A program made the translations under genes and the position numbers. The notes under the pieces are model-generated. The model was not told the DNA's origin and did not search any database. It saw only the letters and a list, made by a program, of their open reading frames with translations. DNA of 64,000 nucleotides from Alphaproteobacteria bacterium (GTDB lineage Bacteria > Pseudomonadota > Alphaproteobacteria > Rickettsiales > JADKJE01), in NCBI GenBank assembly GCA_016722515.1, contig JADKJE010000002.1:779682-843681 (forward strand), in the 5' to 3' direction. Below, piece after piece: positions 37,402-45,388 of this stretch. The stretch's first letter is position 1, and the number at the start of each line of letters is the position of its first letter.

Positions 37402-39324
37402 TTAGAACTCCCAAACTACTTTTCCATAGATACTTCTACCTATTTCTGATGCCTTGGAATATAAGTCAGGACTAAATTCTTGATGTCGATTATCCAGTAG
37501 ATTTTGACCAGCCACGCTCAATTCTAGTCCTCGTACAGGTTTCCAGGCTAAATGCAAATCAAAGCGTGTATACGCATTAATCCCAAGGGTACGAAGATTG
37601 TCGACAAAATATAATGTTTGATCAAATTCCACATTGTGAGAGAGGTTAATACTAGATTGAATCTTGTATTGATTTTGGGGGGATGCGCCCTCATCTTTTT
37701 CATTTAGGATATCCGTACTTCCAGATTTATTATCGATATCCAGATGCAAATAGGAGTATGATCCCTGTAGATACCATAAGCCTGGTAAAACAGTCCATTG
37801 AGCTGCAACTTCAATGCCATGAGATTTTCCGGATGCTTGATTTTCAACGAGCATGTTGAGTCCACTAAATTCAAGGCTTCTCAAATCCTGATATACGTTA
37901 TAAAACGCAGAAACATCAAAAGTAAGTGAAGGAATAATTTTATTTCTATAGCCCAATTCATAAGCAGTTAGCTTTTCTGAATCATAGCCTGGTTGACCGA
38001 CCTGCCTTATGAGTCCAAAACCTGTATTGGCTACAGCAAGGTTAATTGTCCGCTCTGCACGACTCGGAATTCTTATTGCTCTTGAAATAGATGACCAGAT
38101 GGTTTGCTTTTCATCAGGAAGATAACTAAGTCGAATAGTGGGTTGTGTTTCCCAGTCAGTATAGTAATTATGCTCAAATTTTGATCCTAGGGTTAATAAC
38201 AATTTATCAGGAATAATAGACCACTGATCCTGTAGAAATACGCTGTATAAGTCATTATCAGTCTTGTCAGGGGTATAGTCAATAAACGTAACACCTGAAA
38301 CTGGAAGACTTTTTAAGTTATCTCTAAAGTAGTGATATCCCAATCCCCAAGATAATTCATGACTGGGGTTGACTGTCCACACATCTTGAAAGTCAAGATC
38401 AAAAGTTAAGTATTTTTGTTCTAAGAAAACAGAATCACGCGATGTGTAGTCAACATAAGCATTTGTCGTAATTGAATGGTTAGTCAGATTCCTTTGCCAT
38501 TTTACCATCTGGTTTGCACCAATGATTTCTTCATCACTGGTAACCGCAGTGGGTAGTGATGGAGGGTTTAACGTATAATCTTCATAACCGTTACTTATAT
38601 CACCCTGAAATGTTATTAGGTCATTGGGGCTTGCGTCCCAATCCATACGATATCCTGTTCTGCCATTTTCCCAGGTGTCATTCCCATTAGTTTTATCAGT
38701 AAAGTGACTATCATCACGGTGGTCATATTTTCCATAAACACGATAATGCAGTTTATCATTGATTCGACCGCCATGTCTAAAAGCTAAATTTCCCCTTTGC
38801 TCATTACCGTAAACAGCAGATGCAAGATTGCCTTGAGTACCTTTTGAGGAATAAGTAATAATATTTATGACACCGTTTACGGCATTTGTTCCCCAAATAG
38901 TTGCCCCGGGGCCCCTGACAACTTCAATGCGCTCAATATCTTCAATCATTAAATCTTGCATATCCCAATAAACTCCAGCAAACAAAGGGGTATAAACAGT
39001 CCTTCCATCAATGAGAACAAGCATTTTATTGACAAATTGACGATTAAATCCTCTGCTAGTAATGGCCCATTTATTGGAATCTATCTGGGCAACTTCTACT
39101 CCAGGTGCAAGTCTGAGTGCTTCTGGAACTGTGGTTATGCCAGCTCTTCTTATATCTTCTTGGGAAATAACATAAATGGCAGAAGCCGCTTGAAATGCAT
39201 TTTCAGGCTTTTTCGATAAGGTGAATACTTCATCATCTGTTACTTGAAATTGCTGTTTGATAGTCGGATCATTTGCAAATGCTATGGTAGGAGTAAGTAT
39301 ACATAGGAAAAACAATTTACGCAT
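37402..39324 (-). CDS. TonB-dependent outer-membrane receptor, module A
   Basis: Signal peptide MRKLFFLCILTPTIAFA; plug (IYVISQEDIRRAGITTVPEALRLAPGVEV...RGFN...LIDGRTVYTP); 22-strand-size barrel ending in ...YGKVVWEF. Confidence 0.9.
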   Translation of the reverse strand: MRKLFFLCILTPTIAFANDPTIKQQFQVTDDEVFTLSKKPENAFQAASAIYVISQEDIRRAGITTVPEALRLAPGVEVAQIDSNKWAITSRGFNRQFVNKMLVLIDGRTVYTPLFAGVYWDMQDLMIEDIERIEVVRGPGATIWGTNAVNGVINIITYSSKGTQGNLASAVYGNEQRGNLAFRHGGRINDKLHYRVYGKYDHRDDSHFTDKTNGNDTWENGRTGYRMDWDASPNDLITFQGDISNGYEDYTLNPPSLPTAVTSDEEIIGANQMVKWQRNLTNHSITTNAYVDYTSRDSVFLEQKYLTFDLDFQDVWTVNPSHELSWGLGYHYFRDNLKSLPVSGVTFIDYTPDKTDNDLYSVFLQDQWSIIPDKLLLTLGSKFEHNYYTDWETQPTIRLSYLPDEKQTIWSSISRAIRIPSRAERTINLAVANTGFGLIRQVGQPGYDSEKLTAYELGYRNKIIPSLTFDVSAFYNVYQDLRSLEFSGLNMLVENQASGKSHGIEVAAQWTVLPGLWYLQGSYSYLHLDIDNKSGSTDILNEKDEGASPQNQYKIQSSINLSHNVEFDQTLYFVDNLRTLGINAYTRFDLHLAWKPVRGLELSVAGQNLLDNRHQEFSPDLYSKASEIGRSIYGKVVWEF

Positions 39325-39382
39325 AAATAAACACCCCCAAAGATAACGATAGCCCCTTATATAGCATTCCCCACTTACTATA

Positions 39383-40090
39383 TTATGAAGCAACTGTTTC
39401 CTTGTCCAGGAATAATTTATCTTGAGTATTGGTATGTTCTAATAATTTTCTTTGTTGGATTCTTGTATCTTTGGGACGTATAAAAGAGATTGAGATATAG
39501 ATTCCTTGCTTATTTAGAGCTTCATAAATATGTTTTATAGGCACAGAAACGTGTTTAATTAACATATGTTCCATGCCCAGTCTTGTCCCAATTATCCTAT
39601 TTATTCGGAAAACAGGTAAGGTTGAAATCGTAAATTGAAAATAACAACCTCTCTCTAGGGCATTCATTACAAGAAGCTTATTAATGTTAAAATTGATATC
39701 AGTGTGACGGTAATTGGGGGCCACAACAGTACGACCTATTTCAAAATATCCATGTCTGTTGAGCTCAAGTTCTGGAAATAAGTCTTTTACCATAAAACCA
39801 TCTTCTTCAAGAGGCAATATACATGGGTTATTAATAAGTGAGACAACTAGTCGACTCCCGCCAATCACAATATGGCCCAGTCTGGCAATAGCTATAGTGC
39901 CTTTATTATCAAAAGCATCGCATCCACCAGAAAAATTTTTTAAACCCAAATCCTGCTTATAGCATTGTTCGCGTAGTACAAAGTATTGGTTAATGAAATC
40001 TTGATTATCGGTGATTTCAATGATGAGATCAGTCGTTTCGAGATCACGGTACGTGATCAAGGATATTTTTTTTGGGTGAGATTTCTGCAT
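39383..40090 (-). CDS. GNAT-fold N-acyltransferase, LuxI/FeeM/OlsB-like (putative N-acyl amino acid or acyl-HSL-type synthase), module A
   Basis: FVLREQCYKQDLGL...CDAFD...IGGSRLV...LPLEEDGF...YFEIGRTVVAPNYR resembles the acyl-ACP-dependent N-acyl synthase pattern (R..VF..LGW..D.FD...G..RL...P.E...E.SR.AV...R). Confidence 0.5.
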   Translation of the reverse strand: MQKSHPKKISLITYRDLETTDLIIEITDNQDFINQYFVLREQCYKQDLGLKNFSGGCDAFDNKGTIAIARLGHIVIGGSRLVVSLINNPCILPLEEDGFMVKDLFPELELNRHGYFEIGRTVVAPNYRHTDINFNINKLLVMNALERGCYFQFTISTLPVFRINRIIGTRLGMEHMLIKHVSVPIKHIYEALNKQGIYISISFIRPKDTRIQQRKLLEHTNTQDKLFLDKETVAS

Positions 40091-40294
40091 TTAGTTTCCC
40101 AATGAGAAGTAAGTAAACTCGAAGGGTATATAAACAAATATTTAAGGCTATTCAAGACATATTTAAGATAAATTAATAATTATTCAATATATGCAATATA
40201 CTATTGTATATACATTAATTATTAATATGCAATAAAGTTTGTTGTTATTTTTGTATAAATTGGTTAGGGTTGGAGGCATATTAAGGAGGGAGAG

Positions 40295-41806
40295 GTGTTT
40301 TCTAAGCTTGCTATTCGAACAAAACTTGTTGTGATGATGATGGCAATGCTTTTTGTCGCCCTATCGATTGTTTCCTTTTCATTTATTTTCTATGATCTCA
40401 GAACAACGAAATCATCAATTGTTAATGAAATAAATTTGCTTTCTACAGTCGTTGGGAAAAGATTAGCACCAGCGATTGTGCTTGGAGATGAATTTAGAAT
40501 TCATGATATAATTGAAGATGTTGCGACTAAGAGTTCTATCGTTAACGCGTGCATATATGGCGTGGAGGGCAAGCTTCTTGCAGAATTGAATGAAGGAAGA
40601 AAATATAAATGTTTCAAGAAAAATAAAGAAATAATTATGGCTGGAGATTATATATATGTTTATAAAGAAATAAAATCAAAAAATTCTATTGTTGTTGGCT
40701 ATATATTTATCATTTCGGATGAAAAAGACATAAGAGAGCATTTAATTAGGTTGATATATATTGTTTCTATTTCATTTGTATTGTTGTTAATAATATTCTA
40801 TATAGCTATAAAATATACTCAGCCTATTATTACATATCCTATTACAAGATTGGTTGAGGTTGCTGCAAAAGTTAAAGAGGGTGATTATTCGATTAGAGCG
40901 AATAAATTTAGCGAAGACGAAATGGGAACATTGGCGGACACATTCAATTCCATGCTAAACACAATACATGATCGAGATATGAATCTAAAGGATATGAACC
41001 AATCCTTAGAACAAAAAGTCCAAGAACGCACTGAAGACCTAGAATACGCTCTAAAAGTAAAAGGAGATTTCCTCTCCAACATGAGCCACGAAATCCGCAC
41101 GCCCATCCATGGTGTTCTCAGTTTCATCCGGCTTTTGGTAGAAGAATGGGATACTGCGGATGATGCCTTGCTATTCAACTATGCCCAGCGATCCCGTAAA
41201 TCCGGTGAGCGGCTGTTGCTTTTGATTAATAACCTGTTAGATATGTCTAAATTTGAGAAAGGGGCGGTACAGCTGGAGCGTAAAGAATTGCTGTTCAGTG
41301 ATCTGATTCAAACCGTTATTGCAGAAACCAGCGGAGTAGTCCAAGCAAAACATGAGAAGCTAGTGTTTCAACCCATGGCCAACGAACCATTAGTGGAAGT
41401 AGACGAGGGACGGATGGCGCAGGTGATGACCAATTTAATTGGTAATGCTGTTAAATATTCTGAGAAGGGCACCATAAGGATTTCCCAGAGTGTTAATCCA
41501 GAAGCTATTTTTCTTGAGGGGGTGGCTCAAGCACCAGGTATGATCATTTCAATATCAGACGAAGGGATTGGTATCCCTGAAGATGAATTGGTCAAAATAT
41601 TTGATAAATTCTTTGAGAGCAGCCTTACTAAAACTAAAGCCGGTGGAACAGGTTTAGGACTTGCCATCTCTAGAGAAATTGTTAAGGCGCATTTAGGTAC
41701 CATTTGGGCAGAGAATAATAAGAATGGAGTAGGAAGCACATTTACTTTCGTGTTTCCCTTAAAGGAGATTCCAGGCATCACTCAGGCCACTGAGAAGTAT
41801 GTATAG
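40295..41806 (+). CDS. sensor histidine kinase (2 TM + periplasmic CHASE8-like domain, HAMP, HisKA, HATPase_c), module A
   Basis: AGGAGG RBS + GTG; TM1 aa 12-32, TM2 about aa 150-172, HAMP (PITRLVEVAAKVKEGDYS...FNSM), H-box SHEIRTPIHG, N-box LIGNAVKY, G1 DEGIGI, G2 GGTGLGL. Confidence 0.9.
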   Translation: MFSKLAIRTKLVVMMMAMLFVALSIVSFSFIFYDLRTTKSSIVNEINLLSTVVGKRLAPAIVLGDEFRIHDIIEDVATKSSIVNACIYGVEGKLLAELNEGRKYKCFKKNKEIIMAGDYIYVYKEIKSKNSIVVGYIFIISDEKDIREHLIRLIYIVSISFVLLLIIFYIAIKYTQPIITYPITRLVEVAAKVKEGDYSIRANKFSEDEMGTLADTFNSMLNTIHDRDMNLKDMNQSLEQKVQERTEDLEYALKVKGDFLSNMSHEIRTPIHGVLSFIRLLVEEWDTADDALLFNYAQRSRKSGERLLLLINNLLDMSKFEKGAVQLERKELLFSDLIQTVIAETSGVVQAKHEKLVFQPMANEPLVEVDEGRMAQVMTNLIGNAVKYSEKGTIRISQSVNPEAIFLEGVAQAPGMIISISDEGIGIPEDELVKIFDKFFESSLTKTKAGGTGLGLAISREIVKAHLGTIWAENNKNGVGSTFTFVFPLKEIPGITQATEKYV

Positions 41807-42413
41807 GAAGCGGTTATAAAGTGTAAACGTTAATCAGCCAAGAAGTGCATAACGTTGACTGAGGCATAGCGGATACAGAAACCATCGTCAATGACAGGCT
41901 GTACAGTTCCAATGAGGTCATAATCCAAGTGCACATTATTATGGGGGGATAAATGCTTAGCGAAAATGAATTAATAGATGCACTATGCATGTATCTAAAA
42001 AGCCATGATTATAAAATTGTGGTAGCTCGCACAACGAAAGAGAAGGGAATCGACGTGATTGCTAAAAAGGGGACTAGCCGACTTTTAATCGAAGCCCAAG
42101 GTGACCCCGGCTCTTTTAAGGGTAGTAAGCGATATGAAAGAACGTTTAGTCCTTCTCAGATTTCAACAAGCGTTTCCACAGATTTATATCCCGCGGCTGA
42201 TTTAAGCAGTCACGAGCGCCAAGGCGAAGATAAAATTGCTCTAGCATTTCCAAATCATCCTACCTATCTTACGTTTATAGCCAAAATCAGGCCGGTATTG
42301 GATGAGCTTGATATTACGGTCTTTCTTATCGGTGATGATCGATCTGTCACGTGTTTGCAAGGTCATGAATGTTGGAGATCATTTGATGTTGCCGCTGTTG
42401 ATAACATCTTGTC
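41221..42413 (+). repeat. near-identical segmental repeat, copy A (kinase 3' half + cassette copy 2)
   Basis: Essentially identical to 49495-50769 apart from a few substitutions, two 1-nt indels, one G in the G-tract and an 81-bp block. Confidence 0.9.
41913..42413 (+). repeat. 0.5-kb cassette, copy 2, G6 tract at 41943-41948
   Basis: Same boundaries as copies 1 and 3. Confidence 0.9.
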
Positions 42414-42474
42414 GGCTTTTTTTACATCAGACTGTACTTTATACGCTGTTGACTCAATAGGCTGTTGTTCGTAA
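41953..42474 (+). CDS. small PD-(D/E)xK-like protein, copy 2 (ExK lysine replaced: IEAQG)
   Basis: Paralog of 32108-32584; tail after DNILS differs (AFFTSDCTLYAVDSIGCCS*). Confidence 0.5.
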   Translation: MLSENELIDALCMYLKSHDYKIVVARTTKEKGIDVIAKKGTSRLLIEAQGDPGSFKGSKRYERTFSPSQISTSVSTDLYPAADLSSHERQGEDKIALAFPNHPTYLTFIAKIRPVLDELDITVFLIGDDRSVTCLQGHECWRSFDVAAVDNILSAFFTSDCTLYAVDSIGCCS

Positions 42475-42572
42475 TCAGCTATGCTTTTTTCATCACCTGA
42501 ATTAGGCTCTTTTAACAGCTTGATATAATTAGTACCATCTTGTGATAACTTAAAAGGCTGATTGAGATTCAA
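42363..42572 (-). pseudogene. ORF fragment: C-terminal tail paralogous to 43325-43553, running antisense into cassette copy 2
   Basis: DGTNYIKLLKEPNSGDEKSIADYEQQPIESTAYKVQSDV versus DGDNYIELLPKTDSGYKKRRDDYGKQPIESTAYQVQNTV. Confidence 0.35.
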
Positions 42573-42583
42573 AAGAAGTGTTA

Positions 42584-43303
42584 TTATTCCTTGAAATCTT
42601 TAGGATTAAAATCAACATTCTCCTCTACACCTGTTATTTCAAAATCTCTATCTTCTAAATATCCAATAACTCCATGTGCAAAATAAGGGTCTTTAGCTTC
42701 AAATGTTTGACCCCCATCAAGATCATATTGACCGATGGGGGGCTCTGGTACAATTTGTCCATTCTGGTCATAAGTTGGTAGTGAAAAGTTTCGACTGACT
42801 TTACCAGATCTGTTTATAAGACTTATATCACTGTATAACAGCCATTCAGCAGGTCCATTTTTAAGAAAAGGCCAAATAAAACCATCTTTATCGATGATAA
42901 TATAACCACAATCCAATGGACCATCCATTTCCCAATTTTCGTATCCTTCATTACCGCTATCAGGACGCATTAAATACTTATAATACCCCCCTCTAAATCC
43001 TTTATAATTTTCTAGAATCTGATCCTTTGAATGAGTTGCGTTTAAGCTCATTAACTTCTGTTTGTCCTTAAGAAGATAACTTCTTGGTTGCTTCAATCGT
43101 TCTTTGAAATAATTATTGCTGTTTTTTCCAGGTATTCCATATATAAGATTGCCCCAATATTTAATTTCTATTTTTATTGGATATATGTAGCTTGTATGCT
43201 TTTCTTCCAGTGGAGAATATCTTTCTTCAGCAAAAGAGTTGCTGCATGCGCATATGATAAATACCATAAAAAGACAATTAACGATTTTTATAAATTTTCT
43301 CAT
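42584..43303 (-). CDS. lipoprotein (239 aa), unknown function; paralog of 35982-36725
   Basis: Signal peptide with lipobox-like IICAC; GGAG RBS; conserved C-terminal block shared with the 247-aa protein. Confidence 0.6.
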   Translation of the reverse strand: MRKFIKIVNCLFMVFIICACSNSFAEERYSPLEEKHTSYIYPIKIEIKYWGNLIYGIPGKNSNNYFKERLKQPRSYLLKDKQKLMSLNATHSKDQILENYKGFRGGYYKYLMRPDSGNEGYENWEMDGPLDCGYIIIDKDGFIWPFLKNGPAEWLLYSDISLINRSGKVSRNFSLPTYDQNGQIVPEPPIGQYDLDGGQTFEAKDPYFAHGVIGYLEDRDFEITGVEENVDFNPKDFKE

Positions 43304-43324
43304 TTATTATTTGACTCCACATGT

Positions 43325-43553
43325 TTAAGGATTTAACCACGCATTAACTGCGGCTCTGACAGTGTTTTGCACTTGGTATGCAGTTGACTCAATAGGCTGT
43401 TTTCCGTAATCATCTCTCCTTTTCTTATAACCTGAATCGGTCTTTGGTAACAGCTCAATATAATTATCACCATCTTGATTTATTCCAAAAATAACGGCCT
43501 GCAGCATTGCTTCAGAATTCAAGGAAGAATCATCAATTGATGAATAAGGAGAG
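43325..43553 (-). pseudogene. 3' fragment of an unknown gene truncated by IS3
   Basis: Open frame runs out of the IS3 left end; ends ...GKQPIESTAYQVQNTVRAAVNAWLNP*, 21 nt before the lipoprotein gene. Confidence 0.4.
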
Positions 43554-43623
43554 TGACGTGCTCCCCAAAAATTGGTCCACAAAAAAGTAGAGTCTGTTAA
43601 CTTTAACCTAAAAGGAGCAGACT

Positions 43624-43887
43624 ATGAAAAAGCGTTACACGGAAGATCAAATCATTCGCATACTTCATGAGCATGAAAGCGGTACTGGAACAGGAGATTT
43701 ATGCCGGAAATATGGGATAAGTTCAGCAACATTTTATAAATGGAAATCGAAGTACGGTGGGCTTGGTGTATCTGAAGCAAGCAGATTGAAGGCGCTTGAT
43801 GAAGAGAACCGTCGTTTGAAGAAGCTTTTAGCTGAGGCTGAATTAGACAAAGCGATATTGAAGGAAGCCCTGTCAAAAAAGTGGTAA
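43624..43887 (+). CDS. IS3-family transposase OrfA (HTH)
   Basis: [20 protein letters not shown]...[20 protein letters not shown]...[20 protein letters not shown] is typical IS3 OrfA. Confidence 0.9.
   Translation: MKKRYTEDQIIRILHEHESGTGTGDLCRKYGISSATFYKWKSKYGGLGVSEASRLKALDEENRRLKKLLAEAELDKAILKEALSKKW
43875..43881 (+). promoter_or_regulatory. programmed -1 ribosomal frameshift heptamer AAAAAAG
   Basis: A6G lies in the orfA/orfB overlap, 4 nt before the orfA stop. Confidence 0.75.
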
Positions 43888-44771
43888 AGCCTGCATCTCG
43901 GCGTTTGTTGGTAGAAGATATCTGCCAAACGAAAGGTTTATCAGAGCGTCGCGTTTGCAGGCTATTAGGATTTGCTCGCAGCACCCACCGTCATAAGCGG
44001 AAGCATGATGATAGTGAGCTGCGTGCTGTCCTAAAGAAACTTGCGCACGAGCGTTGCCGTTTTGGTTACCGTCGTTTGGCTATTTTATTGAAACGAGAAG
44101 GTTATGTTATCAATTTGAAGAAAGTTTACCGATTATACCGAGAAGAAAATTTATCTGTTAAACGTCGCAAGGGCAGGAAACGCGCATTGGGAAGCCGCGT
44201 TCCCTTGCCATGCTCTCGCCGATTGCACGAAGTGTGGTCACTTGATTTTATGAGTGATGCTTTAGCAGATGGCAGAAGATTCCGTATCCTTGGGATTATG
44301 GATCACTATAGCCGCCAATGCCTTAACCTCGTTGCAGACCTGTCGATTGGGGGTCACCGCGTCGTACGTGAACTTGACGTTCTGATTAAGCGATATGGAA
44401 AGCCGGGGACAATCATCAGTGATAATGGTACAGAATTGACAAGCAAAGCGGTGTTAATGTGGGCAGAGCATCATGGGATCAAATGGCACTATATCCGTCC
44501 TGGAAAGCCTTCAGAGAATGGTTTTACAGAAAGTTTAAATGGGAGGATCAGCGATGAATGTTTAAATGAAAACTGGTTTACAAGTCTGCGGGAAGCCAGG
44601 GCAATGATTGAAGAATGGAGGCAGGATTATAACCATGTGCGCCCCCATTCCAGCCTGGGTTACCAGACACCCGCACAATTCGCCGCGATCAACACCGCAT
44701 TGGGCATGCCCAATGCGGTGTTGATCTCGAAACCAAAAGCAGTTATAAAGAACTCAAGACCCTACTTCTAA
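43881..44771 (+). CDS. IS3-family transposase OrfB (DDE integrase core)
   Basis: WSLDFMSD...[11 protein letters not shown]...[18 protein letters not shown]...[15 protein letters not shown]. Confidence 0.9.
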   Translation: MVKPASRRLLVEDICQTKGLSERRVCRLLGFARSTHRHKRKHDDSELRAVLKKLAHERCRFGYRRLAILLKREGYVINLKKVYRLYREENLSVKRRKGRKRALGSRVPLPCSRRLHEVWSLDFMSDALADGRRFRILGIMDHYSRQCLNLVADLSIGGHRVVRELDVLIKRYGKPGTIISDNGTELTSKAVLMWAEHHGIKWHYIRPGKPSENGFTESLNGRISDECLNENWFTSLREARAMIEEWRQDYNHVRPHSSLGYQTPAQFAAINTALGMPNAVLISKPKAVIKNSRPYF

Positions 44772-44807
44772 CTGGTACAACAATTGGGAGCACCTCAGGA
44801 GAAGTTT

Positions 44808-45068
44808 CTATGTATTGCTATAATTTATGAGCAGAAGACACCCGCCAAGGCAACGATTTCCTTTGTGAGCAACAAGCACATAAGTCTCTAGCTCGTAATC
44901 AATACCTTGATCAAGGGAAAGTGTCTTCTCAGTGACAGGCTTAGAAGCAAATATTCGCTTTCTTAGGTCGATATACTGTTTAATAAGATTGGCATCGTCA
45001 GTTGCTTCAAATATAATTTCCTCAGAAAGTTGTGCCTCAAATTCAGTTTTCTCTAGTCCCAATCTCAT
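44808..45068 (-). pseudogene. N-terminal fragment of a third LuxI/FeeM-like N-acyltransferase paralog, truncated at the IS3 right end
   Basis: IIFEATDDANLIKQYIDLRKRIF...YVLVAHKGNRCLGGCLLLI aligns with LIIEITDNQDFINQYFVLREQCY...IAIARLGHIVIGGSRLVV of 39383-40090. Confidence 0.6.
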
Positions 45069-45345
45069 ACCTTTCCTGGATCAACATTAAAATGTGCTTC
45101 CTATCAATCTTTCTTAAGTCAGTATCTCATGTTTATTAAATCCGTCTCATATTAGGTTAAGGAATTTGAATTCGCAAACTTTGGAGTTTCACATTTTGAA
45201 AATGTTTTTAGTCTTTAGCTATTTTTTATGTCTAAACAATTAAATCAAACATGATGGAATTATCAATTTGTTAAGAGAAAGAGTCGGTTACAAAACATTC
45301 TATGATTCGTGATGGAATGGCTACGTAATTTGACAATTTTTTAAT

Positions 45346-45372
45346 ATTGTATTAATATCTCATTAATACAAT
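45346..45372. promoter_or_regulatory. perfect 11-bp inverted repeat ATTGTATTAAT-N5-ATTAATACAAT upstream of TBDR-B
   Basis: Read directly; ends 16 nt before ATG 45389. Confidence 0.35.
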
Positions 45373-45388
45373 GGTCCGTTGAATTTGT

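Larger units (their letters stand above)
43554..44797 (+). mobile_element. IS3-family insertion sequence (1244 bp), apparently intact
   Basis: IRL TGACGTGCTCCCCAAAAATTGGTCCAC versus IRR (rc) TGAGGTGCTCCCAATTGTTGTACCAG; orfA/orfB with A6G slippery site. Confidence 0.85.

Noticed and set aside
43652-43984. 110-aa and 64-aa antisense ORFs across IS3 orfA
   Set aside because: They are antisense to a well-supported transposase gene and have no motifs.
43550-44800. Target-site duplication flanking the IS3 element
   Set aside because: The flanks (…GGAGAG | … | GGAGAAG…) are similar but not a clean 3-4-bp direct repeat. The two flanks also belong to unrelated genes, so the element probably mediated a rearrangement rather than a simple insertion.
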